From positions 43,152,001-43,216,000 of the forward strand of contig OZ024755.1 of the NCBI GenBank assembly GCA_964016885.1: a DNA stretch of 64,000 bases, given 5' to 3'. The translations under genes were made by a program, and so were the position numbers. The DNA comes from Eledone cirrhosa (taxonomy: Eukaryota). Shown one piece after another: positions 13,901 to 26,000 of this stretch; the first letter of the stretch is position 1; every line of letters begins with the position of its first letter. The notes under the pieces are model-generated. The model had not been told where the DNA came from. It searched no databases and saw only the letters and a program-made list of their open reading frames with translations.

Positions 13901-14480
13901 CTTAGCTTAGGATAGCTTAGGATAGCTTAGCTTAGGATAGCTTAGGATAGCTTAGCTTAGCTTAGCTTAGGATAGCTTAGCTTAGCTTAGCTTAGGATAG
14001 CTTAGCTTAGCTTAGCTTAGGTAGCTTAGCTTAGCTTAGCTTAGGATAGCTTAGCTTAGCTTAGCTTAGGATAGCTTAGCTTAGCTTAGCTTAGCTTAGC
14101 TTAGCTTAGCTTAGCTTAGCTTAGCTTAGCTTAGCTTAGGATAGCTTAGCTTAGCTTAGGATAGCTTACCTTAGGAGAGCTTAGCTTAGGATAGCTTAGC
14201 TTAGGATAGCTTAGGATAGCTTAGCTTAGGATAGCTTAGCTTAGGATAGCTTAGCTTAGGATAGCTTAGGATAGCTTAGCTTAGCTTAGCTTAGGATAGC
14301 TTAGCTTAGCTTAGCTTAGGATAGCTTAGGATAGCTTAGCTTAGCTTAGCTTAGGATAGCTTAGCTTAGCTTAGCTTAGCTTAGCTTAGCTTAGCTTAGC
14401 TTAGCTTAGCTTAGCTTAGGATAGCTTAGCTTAGCTTAGGATAGCTTACCTTAGGAGAGCTTAGCTTAGGATAGCTTAGC
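10980..14480 (+). repeat. Cluster of irregularly spaced copies of the GTAG / long (CTTAG)9-13 / CTTAC-CTTAG-GAGAG module
   Basis: CTTAC-CTTAG-GAGAG at 11155, 11633, 12482, 13221, 14165 and 14445. GTAG at 11031, 11335, 11504, 12353, 13097 and 14021. Confidence 0.85.
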
Positions 14481-17400
14481 TTAGGATAGCTTAGGATAGC
14501 TTAGCTTAGCTTAGCTTAGGATAGCTTAGCTTAGCTTAGCTTAGGATAGCTTAGGATAGCTTAGGATAGCTTAGGATAGCTTAGCTTAGGATAGCTTAGC
14601 TTAGCTTAGCTTAGGATAGCTTAGCTTAGCTTAGCTTAGGATAGCTTAGCTTAGCTTAGCTTAGGATAGCTTAGGATAGCTTAGCTTAGGATAGCTTAGG
14701 ATAGCTTAGCTTAGGATAGCTTAGGATAGCTTAGCTTAGGATAGCTTAGCTTAGCTTAGGATAGCTTAGCTTAGCTTAGGATAGCTTAGCTTAGCTTAGG
14801 ATAGCTTAGCTTAGCTTAGCTTAGGATAGCTTAGCTTAGCTTAGCTTAGGATAGCTTAGCTTAGCTTAGGATAGCTTAGCTTAGGATAGCTTAGGATAGC
14901 TTAGCTTAGGATAGCTTAGGATAGCTTAGCTTAGGATAGCTTAGCTTAGGATAGCTTAGGATAGCTTAGCTTAGGATAGCTTAGGATAGCTTAGCTTAGC
15001 TTAGCTTAGGATAGCTTAGGATAGCTTAGCTTAGGATAGCTTAGCTTAGCTTAGCTTAGGATAGCTTAGCTTAGCTTAGCTTAGGATAGCTTAGCTTAGC
15101 TTAGCTTAGGATAGCTTAGCTTAGCTTAGCTTCGGATAGCTTAGGATAGCTTAGCTTAGGATAGCTTAGCTTAGCTTAGCTTAGGATAGCTTAGCTTAGC
15201 TTAGTTTAGGATAGCTTAGCTTAGGATAGCTTAGGATAGCTTAGGATAGCTTAGCTTAGCTTAGCTTAGGATAGCTTAGCTTAGCTTAGCTTAGGATAGC
15301 TTAGCTTAGGATAGCTTAGCTTAGCTTAGCTTAGGATAGCTTAGCTTAGGATAGCTTAGGAAAGCTTAGGATAGCTTAGCTTAGGATAGCTTAGGATAGC
15401 TTAGCTTAGGATAGCTTAGGATAGCTTAGCTTAGGATAGCTTAGCTTAGCTTAGGATAGCTTAGCTTAGCTTAGGATAGCTTAGCTTAGCTTAGGATAGC
15501 TTAGCTTAGCTTAGGATAGCTTAGCTTAGCTTAGGTTGGCTTAGCTTAGCTTAGCTTAGGATAGCTTATCTTAGGATAGCTTAGGATAGCTTAGCTTAGG
15601 ATAGCTTAGGATAGCTTAGCTTAGGATAGCTTAGCTTAGGATAGCTTAGCTTAGCTTAGCTTAGGATAGCTTAGCTTAGCTTAGCTTAGGATAGCTTAGC
15701 TTAGCTTAGCTTAGGATAGCTTAGCTTAGCTTAGCTTCGGATAGCTTAGGATAGCTTAGCTTAGGATAGCTTAGCTTAGGATAGCTTAGCTTAGGATAGC
15801 TTAGGATAGCTTAGCTTAGGATAGCTTAGGATAGCTTAGCTTAGGATAGCTTAGCTTAGGATAGCTTAGCTTAGCTTAGCTTAGGATAGCTTAGCTTAGC
15901 TTAGCTTAGGATAGCTTAGCTTAGCTTAGCTTCGGATAGCTTAGGATAGCTTAGCTTAGGATAGCTTAGCTTAGCTTAGCTTAGGATAGCTTAGCTTAGC
16001 TTAGCTTAGGATAGCTTAGCTTAGCTTAGCTTCGGATAGCTTAGGATAGCTTAGCTTAGGATAGCTTAGGATAGCTTAGGATAGCTTAGCTTAGCTTAGC
16101 TTAGGATAGCTTAGCTTAGCTTAGCTTAGGATAGCTTAGCTTAGCTTAGCTTAGGATAGCTTAGCTTAGCTTAGCTTAGGATAGCTTAGCTTAGGTTGGC
16201 TTAGCTTAGCTTAGCTTAGGATAGCTTAGCTTAGGATAGCTTAGGATAGCTTAGCTTAGGATAGCTTAGGATAGCTTAGCTTAGGATAGCTTAGCTTAGG
16301 ATAGCTTAGGATAGCTTAGCTTAGGATAGCTTAGGATAGCTTAGCTTAGGATAGCTTAGCTTAGCTTAGCTTAGGATAGCTTAGCTTAGCTTAGCTTAGG
16401 ATAGCTTAGCTTAGCTTAGCTTAGGATAGCTTAGCTTAGCTTAGCTTAGGATAGCTTCGCTTAGCTTAGCTTCGGATAGCTTAGGATAGCTTAGCTTTGG
16501 ATAGCTTAGCTTAGCTTAGCTTAGGATAGCTTAGCTTAGCTTAGCTTAGGATAGCTTAGGATAGCTTAGCTTAGGATAGCTTAGGATAGCTTAGGATAGC
16601 TTAGCTTAGCTTAGCTTAGGACAGCTTAGCTTAGGTTAGCTTAGGATAGCTTAGCTTAGCTTAGCTTAGGATAGCTTAGCTTAGCTTGGCTTAGGATAGC
16701 TTAGCTTAGCTTAGCTTAGGATAGCTTAGCTTAGCTTAGCTTAGGATAGCTTAGCTTAGGTTAGCTTAGGATAGCTTAGCTTAGCTTAGCTTAGGATAGC
16801 TTAGCTTAGCTTGGCTTAGGATAGCTTAGCTTAGCTTAGCTTAGGATAGCCTAGCTTAGCTTAGCTTAGGATGACTTAGCTTAGCTTAGCTTAGGATAGC
16901 TTAGCTTAGCTTAGCTTAGGATAGCTTAGCTTAGTTTAGGATAGCTTAGCTTAGGATAGCTTAGGATAGCTTATCTTAGGATAGCTTCGGATAGCTTAGC
17001 TTAGGATAGATTAGGATAGCTTAGCTTAGGATAGCTTAGGATAGCTTAGCTTAGGATAATTTAGCTTAGGATAGCTTAGGATAGCTTAGCTTAGCTTAGC
17101 TTAGGATAGCTTAGCTTAGCTTAGCTTAGGATAGCTTAGCTTAGCTTAGCTTAGGATAGCTTAGCTTAGCTTAGCTTAGGATAGCTTAGGATAGCTTAGC
17201 TTAGGATAGTTTAGGATAGCTTAGCTTAGGATAGCTTAGGATAGCTTAGCTTAGGATAGCTTAGGATAGCTTAGCTTAGGATAGCTTAGCTTAGGATAGC
17301 TTAGCTTAGCTTAGCTTAGGATAGCTTAGCTTAGGATAGCTTAGGATAGCTTAGGATAGCTTAGCTTAGGATAGCTTAGGATAGCTTAGCTTAGCTTAGC

Positions 17401-20400
17401 TTAGGATAGCTTAGCTTAGCTTAGCTTAGGATAGCTTAGCTTAGCTTAGCTTAGGATAGCTTAGCTTAGTTTAGGATAGCTTAGCTTAGCTTAGCTTAGG
17501 ATAGCTTAGCTTAGCTTAGCTTAGGATAGCTTAGCTTAGCTTAGCTTAGGATAGCTTAGGATAGCTTAGCTTAGGATAGCTTAGCTTAGGATAGCTTTGG
17601 ATAGCTTAGCTTAGGATAGCTTAGCTTAGGATAGCTTAGCTTAGGATAGCTTAGGATAGCTTAGCTTAGCTTAGGATAGCTTAGCTTAGCTTAGCTTAGG
17701 ATAGCTTAGCTTAGCTTAGCTTAGCTTAGGATAGCTTAGCTTAGCTTAGCTTAGCTTAGGATAGCTTAGCTTAGCTTAGCTTAGGATAGCTTAGGATAGC
17801 TTAGCTTAGGATAGCTTAGCTTAGGATAGCTTAGCTTAGCTTAGCTTAGGTTAGCTTAGCTTAGGATAGCTTAGGATAGCTTAGCTTAGGATAGCTTAGC
17901 TTAGGATAGCTTAGGATAACTTAGCTTAGCTTAGCTTAGGATAGCTTAGCTTAGCTTAGCTAAGGATAGCTTAGCTTAGCTTAGGATAGCTTAGCTTAGC
18001 TTAGCTTAGGATAGCTTAGCTTAGCTTAGGATAGCTTAGCTTAGCTTAGCTTAGGATAGCTTAGCTTAGCTTAGCTTAGAATAGCTTAGCTTAGCTTAGG
18101 ATAGCTTAGCTTAGCTTAGCTTAGGATAGCTTAGCTTAGCTTAGCTTAGGATAGCTTAGCTTAGCTTAGCTTAGGATAGCTTAGCTTAGCTTAGCTTAGG
18201 ATAGCTTAGCTTAGCTTAGGATAGCTTAGCTTAGCTTAGCTTAGGATAGCTTAGCTTAGCTTAGGATAGCTTAGCTTAGCTTAGCTTAGGATAGCTTAGC
18301 TTAGCTTAGCTTAGGATAGCTTAGCTTAGCTTAGCTTAGGATAGCTTAGCTTAGCTTAGCTTAGGATAGCTTAGCTTAGCTTAGCTTAGGATAGCTTAGC
18401 TTAGCTTAGCTTAGGATAGCTTAGCTTAGCTTAGCTTAGGATAGCTTAGCTTAGCTTAGCTTAGGATAGCTTAGCTTAGCTTAGCTTAGGATAGCTTAGC
18501 TTAGGATAGCTTAGCTTAGGATAGCTTAGCTTAAGATAGCTTAGGATAGCTTAGCTTAGGATAGATTAGCTTAGCTTGGCTTAGGATAGCTTAGCTTAGC
18601 TTTGCTTAGGATAGCCTAGCTTAGCTTAGCTTAGGATGGCTTAGCTTAGCTTAGCTTAGGATAGCTTAGCTTAGCTTAGCTTAGGATAGCTTAGCTTAGT
18701 TTAGGATAGCTTAGCTTAGCTTAGCTTAGCTTAGGATAGCTTAGGATAGCTTAGCTTAGGATATCTTAGGATAGCTTAGCTTAGGATAGCTTAGGATAGC
18801 TTAGCTTAGCTTAGGATAGCTTAGGATAGCTTAGCTTAGGATAGCTTAGGATAGCTTAGCTTAGGATAGCTTAGGATAGCTTAGCTTAGGATAGCTTAGC
18901 TTAGGATAGCTTAGGATAGCTTAGCTTAGCTTAGCTTAGCTTAGCTTAGCTTAGGATAGCTTAGCTTAGCTTAGCTTAGCTTAGGATAGCTTAGCTTAGC
19001 TTAGCTTAGGATAGCTTAGGATAGCTTAGCTTAGGATAGTTTAGGATAGCTTAGCTTAGGATAGTTTAGGATAGCTTAGGATAGCTTAGCTTAGGATAGC
19101 TTAGCTTAGGATAGCTTAGCTTAGCTTAGCTTAGGATAGCTTAGCTTAGGATAGCTTAGGATAGCTTAGCTTAGCTTAGGATAGCTTAGCTTAGCTTAGG
19201 ATAGCTTAGCTTAGCTTAGGATAGCTTAGCTTAGCTTAGCTTAGGATAGCTTAGGATAGCTTAGCTTAGGAGAGCTTAGCTTAGCTTAGCTTAGGATAGC
19301 TTAGCTTAGCTTAGCTTAGCTTAGGATAGCTTAGCTTAACTTAGCTTAGGATAGCTTAGCTTAGCTTAGCTTAGGATAGCTTAGCTTAGCTTAGCTTAGG
19401 ATAGCTTAGGATAGCTTAGGATAGCTTACCTTAGGAGAGCTTAGCTTAGGATAGCTTAGCTTAGGATAGCTTAGGATAGCTTAGCTTAGGATAGCTTAGC
19501 TTAGGATAGCTTAGCTTAGCTTAGCTTAGGATAGCTTAGCTTAGCTTAGCTTAGGATAGCTTAGCTTAGCTTAGCTTAGGATAGCTTAGGATAGCTTAGC
19601 TTAGGATAGCTTAGGATAGCTTAGCTTAGGATAGCTTAGGATAGCTTAGCTTAGGATATCTTAGCTTAGGATAGCTTAGCTTAGCTTAGCTTAGGATAGC
19701 TTAGCTTGGGATAGCTTAGGATAGCTTAGCTTAGGTAGCTTAGGATAGCTTAGCTTAGGATAGATTAGGATAGCTTAGCTTAGGATAGCTTAGGATAGCT
19801 TAGCTTAGGATAGCTTAGCTTGGGATAGCTTAGGATAGCTTAGCTTAGGATAGCTTAGGATAGCTTAGCTTAGGATAGATTAGGATAGCTTAGCTTAGGA
19901 TAGCTTAGCTTAGGATAGCTTAGGATAGCTTAGCTTAGGATAGCTTAGGATAGCTTAGCTTAGGATAGCTTAGCTTGGGATAGCTTAGGATAGCTTAGCT
20001 TAGGATAGCTTAGGATAGCTTAGCTTAGCTTAGCTTAGGATAGCTTAGTTTAGCTTAGCTTAGGATAGCTTAGCTTAGCTTAGGATAGCTTAGCTTAGCT
20101 TAGCTTAGGATAGCTTAGCTTAGCTTAGCTTAGGATAGCTTAGCTTAGCTTAGGATAGCTTAGCTTAGGATAGCTTAGGAAAGCTTAGCTTAGGATAGCT
20201 TAGCTTGGCTTAGGATAGCTTAGCTTAGCTTAGCTTAGGATAGCTTAGCTTAGCTTAGCTTAGGATAGCTTAGCTTAGCTTAGCTTAGGATAGCTTAGCT
20301 TAGCTTAGCTTAGCTTAGGATAGCTTAGCTTAGGATAGCTTAGCTTAGGATAGCTTAGCTTAGGATAGCTTAGGATAGCTTAGCTTAGGATAGCTTAGCT

Positions 20401-22569
20401 TAGCTTAGCTTAGCTTAGCTTAGCTTGGCTTAGGATAGCTTAGCTTAGCTTGGCTTAGGATAGCTTAGCTTAGCTTTGCTTAGGATAGCCTAGCTTAGCT
20501 TAGCTTAGGATGGCTTAGCTTAGCTTAGCTTAGGATAGCTTAGCTTAGCTTAGCTTAGGATAGCTTAGCTTAGTTTAGGATAGCTTAGCTTAGCTTGGCT
20601 TAGGATAGCTTATCTTAGCTTAGCTTAGGATAGCTTAGCTTAGGATAGCTTAGCTTAGGATAGCTTAGGATAGCTTAGCTTAGGATAGCTTAGCTTAGGA
20701 TAGCTTAGGACAGCTTAGCTTAGGATAGCTTAGGATAGCTTAGCTTAGGATAGCTTAGGATAGCTTAGCTTAGCTTAGCTTAGGATAGCTTAGCTTAGCT
20801 TAGCTTAGGATAGCTTAGGATAGCTTAGCTTAGGATAGCTTTGGATAGCTTAGCTTAGGATAGCTTAGCTTAGGATAGCTTAGCTTAGGATAGCTTAGGA
20901 TAGCTTAGCTTAGGATAGCTTAGGATATCTTAGCTTAGGATAGCTTAGCTTAGGATAGCTTAGGATAGTTTAGCTTAGCTTAGGATAGCTTAGCTTAGCT
21001 TAGCTTAGGATAGCTTAGCTTAGCTTAGCTTAGGATAGCTTAGGATAGCTTAGCTTAGGATAGCTTAGCTTAGGATAGCTTAGCTTAGGATAGCTTAGGT
21101 TAGCTTAGGATAGCTTAGCTTAGGATAGCTTAGCTTAGGATAGCTTAGGATAGCTTAGCTTAGCTTAGCTTAGGATAGCTTAGCTTAGCTTAGCTTAGGA
21201 TAGCTTAGCTTAGCTTAGCTTAGGATAGCTTAGCTTAGCTTAGCTTAGCTTAGGATAGCTTAGCTTAGCTTAGCTTAGCTTAGCTTAGCTTAGCTTAGGA
21301 TAGCTTAGCTTAACGTAGGATAGCTTAGCTTAGCTTAGGATAGCTTAGCTTAGCTTAGCTTAGGATAGCTTAGCTTAGCTTAGCTTAGGATAGCTTAGCT
21401 TAGCTTAGCTTAGGATAGCTTAGCTTAGCTTAGGATAGCTTAGCTTAGCTTAGCATAGCTTAGCTTAGCTTAGCTTAGGATAGCTTAGCTTAGCTTAGCT
21501 TAGGATAGCTTAGCTTAGCTTAGCTTAGGATAGCTTAGGATAGCTTACCTTAGGATAGCTTAGGATAGCTTAGCTTAGGCTAGCTTAGCTTAGGATAGCT
21601 TAGCTTAGGATAGCTTAGGATAGCTTAGCTTAGCTTAGGATAGCTTAGCTTAGCTTAGGATAGCTTAGCTTAGCTTAGGATAGCTTAGCTTAGCTTAGCT
21701 TAGGATAGCTTAGGATAGCTTAGCTTAGGGTAGCTTAGCTTAGGATAGCTTAGGATAGCTTAGCTTAGCTTAGCTTAGGATAGCTTAGCTTGGGATAGCT
21801 TAGGATAGCTTAGCTTAGGATAGCTTACTTTAGGATAGCTTAGGATAGCTTAGCTTAGCTTAGCTTAGGATAGCTTAGGATAGCTTAGGATAGCTTAGCT
21901 TAGCTTAGGATAGCTTAGCTTAGCTTAGCTTAGGATAGCTTAGCTTAGCTTAGCTTAGGATAGCTTAGCTTAGCTTAGCTTAGGATAGCTTAGCTTAGCT
22001 TAGCTTAGGATAGCTTAGCTTAGCTTAGCTTAGGATAGCTTAGCTTAGCTTAGCTTAGGATAGCTTAGCTTATCTTAGCTTAGGATAGCTTAGCTTATCT
22101 TAGCTTAGGATAGCTTAGCTTAGCTTAGCTTAGGATAGCTTAGCTTAGGATAGCTTAGCTTAGGATAGCTTAGCTTAGGATAGCTTAGGATAGCTTAGCT
22201 TAGGATATCTTAGGATAGCTTAGCTTAGGATAGCTTAGCTTAGCTTAGCTTAGGATAGCTTAGCTTAGCTTAGCTTAGGATAGCTTAGCTTAGGATAGCT
22301 TAGGATAGCTTAGCTTAGCTTAGGATAGCTTAGCTTAGCTTAGGATAGCTTAGCTTAGCTTAGGATAGCTTAGCTTAGCTTAGGATAGCTTAGCTTAGCT
22401 TAGCTTAGGATAGCTTAGCTTAGCTTAGGATAGCTTAGCTTAGCTTAGCTTAGGATAGCTTAGCTTAGCTTAGCTTAGGATAGCTTAGCTTAGCTTAGCT
22501 TAGGATAGCTTAGCTTAGCTTAGCTTAGGATAGCTTAGCTTAGCTTAGGATAGCTTAGCTTAGCTTAGC

Positions 22570-25500
22570 TCAGGATAGCTTAGCTTAGCTTAGCTTAGGA
22601 TAGCTTATCTTAGCTTAGCTTAGGATAGCTTAGCTTAGGTTAGCTTAGGATAGCTTAGCTTAGCTTGGCTTAGGGTAGCTTAGCTTAGCTTAGCTTAGGA
22701 TAGCCTAGCTTAGCTTAGCTTAGGATGGCTTAGCTTAGCTTAGTTTAGGATAGCTTAGCTTAGCTTAGCTTAGCTTAGGATAGCTTAGGATAGCTTAGCT
22801 TAGGATAGCTTAGGATAGCTTAGCTTAGGATAGCTTAGCATAGCTTATCTTAGGATAGCTTAGCTTAGGATAGCTTAGCTTAGGATAGCATAGGATAGCT
22901 TAGCTTAGGATAGCTTAGGATAGCTTAGCTTAGGATAGCTTAGGATAGCTTAGCTTAGGATAGCTTAGCTTAGTATAGCTTAGGAAAGCTTAGCTTAGCT
23001 TAGCTTAGGATAGCTTAGCTTAGCTTAGCTTAGGATAGCTTAGGATAGCTTAGCTTAGGATAGCTTAGGATAGCTTAGCTTAGGATAGCTTAGCTTAGCT
23101 TAGCTTAGCTTAGGATAGCTTAGCTTAGCTTAGCTTAGCTTAGGATAGCTTAGCTTAGCTTAGCTTAGGATAGCTTAGGATAGCTTAGCTTAGGATAGTT
23201 TAGGATAGCTTAGCTTAGGATAGCTTAGCTTAGCTTAGCTTAGGATAGCTTAGGATAGCTTAGCTTAGGATAGCTTAGCTTAGGATAGCTTAGCTTAGCT
23301 TAGCTTAGGATAGCTTAGCTTAGGATAGCTTAGCTTAGCTTAGCTTAGGATAGCTTAGGATAGCTTAGCTTAGGATAGCTTAGGATAGCTTAGCTTAGGA
23401 TAGCTTAGCTTAGCTTAGCTTAGCTTAGGATAGCTTAGCTTAGCTTAGCTTAGGATAGCTTAGGATAGCTTAGCTTAGGATAGTTTAGGATAGCTTAGCT
23501 TAGGATAGCTTAGCTTAGCTTAGCTTAGGATAGCTTAGGATAGCTTAGCTTAGGATAGCTTAGCTTAGGATAGCTTAGCTTAGCTTAGCTTAGGATAGCT
23601 TAGCTTAGCTTAGGATAGCTTAGCTTAGCTTAGCTTAGCTTAGCTTAGGATAGCTTAGCTTAGCTTAGCTTAGGATAGCTTAGCTTAGCTTAGCTTAGGA
23701 TAGCTTAGCTTAGGATAGCTTAGCTTAGGATAGCTTAGCTTAGGATAGCTTAGCTTAGGTTAGCTTAGCTTAGCTTAGCTTAGGATAGCTTAGGATAGCT
23801 TAGCTTAGGATAGCTTAGGATAGCTTAGCTTAGCTTAGCTTGGGATAGCTTAGCTTAGCTTAGCTTAGGATAGCTTAGGATAGCTTAGGATAGCTTAGCT
23901 TAGCTTTGCTTAGGATAGCTTAGCTTAGCTTAGCTTAGGATAGCTTAGCTTAGGATAGCTTAGCTTAGGATAGCTTAGGATAGCTTAGCTGAGGATAGCT
24001 TAGCTTAGCTTAGCTTAGGATAGCTTAGCTTAGCTTAGGATAGCTTAGCTTAGCTTAGCTTAGCTTAGCTTAGGATAGCTTAGCTTAGCTTAGCTTAGGA
24101 TAGCTTAGCTTAGCTTAGCTTAGGATAGCTTAGCTTAGGATAGCTTAGCTTAGGATAGCTTAGCTTAGGTTAGCTTAGCTTAGCTTAGCTTAAGATAGCT
24201 TAGGATAGCTTAGCTTAGGATAGCTTAGCTTAGCTTAGCTTAGGATAGCTTAGCTTAGCTTAGCTTAGGATAGCTTAGCTTAGCTTAGCTTAGGATAGCT
24301 TAGGATAGCTTAGGATAGCTTAGCTTAGCTTTGCTTAGGATAGCTTAGCTTAGCTTAGCTTAGGATAGCTTAGCTTAGCTTAGCTTAGGATAGCTTAGCT
24401 TAGCTTAGCTTAGGATAGCTTAGCTTAGCTTAGCTTAGGATAGCTTATCTTAGCTTAGCTTAGGATAGCTTAGCTTAGGTTAGCTTAGGATAGCTTAGCT
24501 TAGCTTGGCTTAGGGTAGCTTAGCTTAGCTTAGCTTAGGATAGCCTAGCTTAGCTTAGCTTAGGATGGCTTAGCTTAGCTTAGTTTAGGATAGCTTAGCT
24601 TAGCTTAGCTTAGCTTAGGATAGCTTAGGATAGCTTAGCTTAGGATAGCTTAGCTTAGGATAGCTTAGCATAGCTTATCTTAGGATAGCTTAGCTTAGGA
24701 TAGCTTAGCTTAGGATAGCATAGGATAGCTTAGCTTAGGATAGCTTAGGATAGCTTAGCTTAGGATAGCTTAGGATAGCTTAGCTTAGGATAGCTTAGCT
24801 TAGTATAGCTTAGGAAAGCTTAGCTTAGCTTAGCTTAGGATAGCTTAGCTTAGCTTAGCTTAGGATAGCTTAGGATAGCTTAGCTTAGGATAGCTTAGGA
24901 TAGCTTAGCTTAGGATAGCTTAGCTTAGCTTAGCTTAGCTTAGGATAGCTTAGCTTAGCTTAGCTTAGGATAGCTTAGGATAGCTTAGCTTAGGATAGTT
25001 TAGGATAGCTTAGCTTAGGATAGCTTAGCTTAGCTTAGCTTAGGATAGCTTAGGATAGCTTAGCTTAGGATAGCTTAGCTTAGGATAGCTTAGCTTAGCT
25101 TAGCTTAGGATAGCTTAGCTTAGGATAGCTTAGCTTAGGATAGCTTAGGATAGCTTAGCTGAGGATAGCTTAGCTTAGCTTAGCTTAGGATAGCTTAGCT
25201 TAGCTTAGGATAGCTTAGCTTAGCTTAGCTTAGCTTAGCTTAGGATAGCTTAGCTTAGCTTAGCTTAGGATAGCTTAGCTTAGCTTAGCTTAGGATAGCT
25301 TAGCTTAGGATAGCTTAGCTTAGGATAGCTTAGCTTAGGATAGCTTAGCTTAGGTTAGCTTAGCTTAGCTTAGCTTAGGATAGCTTAGGATAGCTTAGCT
25401 TAGGATAGCTTAGGATAGCTTAGCTTAGCTTAGCTTGGGATAGCTTAGCTTAGCTTAGCTTAGGATAGCTTAGGATAGCTTAGGATAGCTTAGCTTAGCT

Positions 25501-26000
25501 TTGCTTAGGATAGCTTAGCTTAGCTTAGCTTAGGATAGCTTAGCTTAGGATAGCTTAGCTTAGGATAGCTTAGGATAGCTTAGCTGAGGATAGCTTAGCT
25601 TAGCTTAGCTTAGGATAGCTTAGCTTAGCTTAGGATAGCTTAGCTTAGCTTAGCTTAGCTTAGCTTAGGATAGCTTAGCTTAGCTTAGCTTAGGATAGCT
25701 TAGCTTAGCTTAGCTTAGGATAGCTTAGCTTAGGATAGCTTAGCTTAGGATAGCTTAGCTTAGGTTAGCTTAGCTTAGCTTAGCTTAAGATAGCTTAGGA
25801 TAGCTTAGCTTAGGATAGCTTAGCTTAGCTTAGCTTAGGATAGCTTAGCTTAGCTTAGCTTAGGATAGCTTAGCTTAGCTTAGCTTAGGATAGCTTAGGA
25901 TAGCTTAGGATAGCTTAGCTTAGCTTTGCTTAGGATAGCTTAGCTTAGCTTAGCTTAGGATAGCTTAGCTTAGCTTAGCTTAGGATAGCTTAGCTTAGCT
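22570..26000 (+). repeat. Tandem duplication with internal rearrangement (offset 1,840/1,830, then 1,595 bp)
   Basis: First part: CTTAT 22604/24444, GGTAG 22674/24514, CCTAG 22704/24544, CATAG 22839/24669, TATAG 22974/24804. Second part: CTTGG 23839/25434, CTTTG 23904/25499, CTGAG 23989/25584, CTTAA 24189/25784, CTTTG 24329/25924. Confidence 0.88.
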
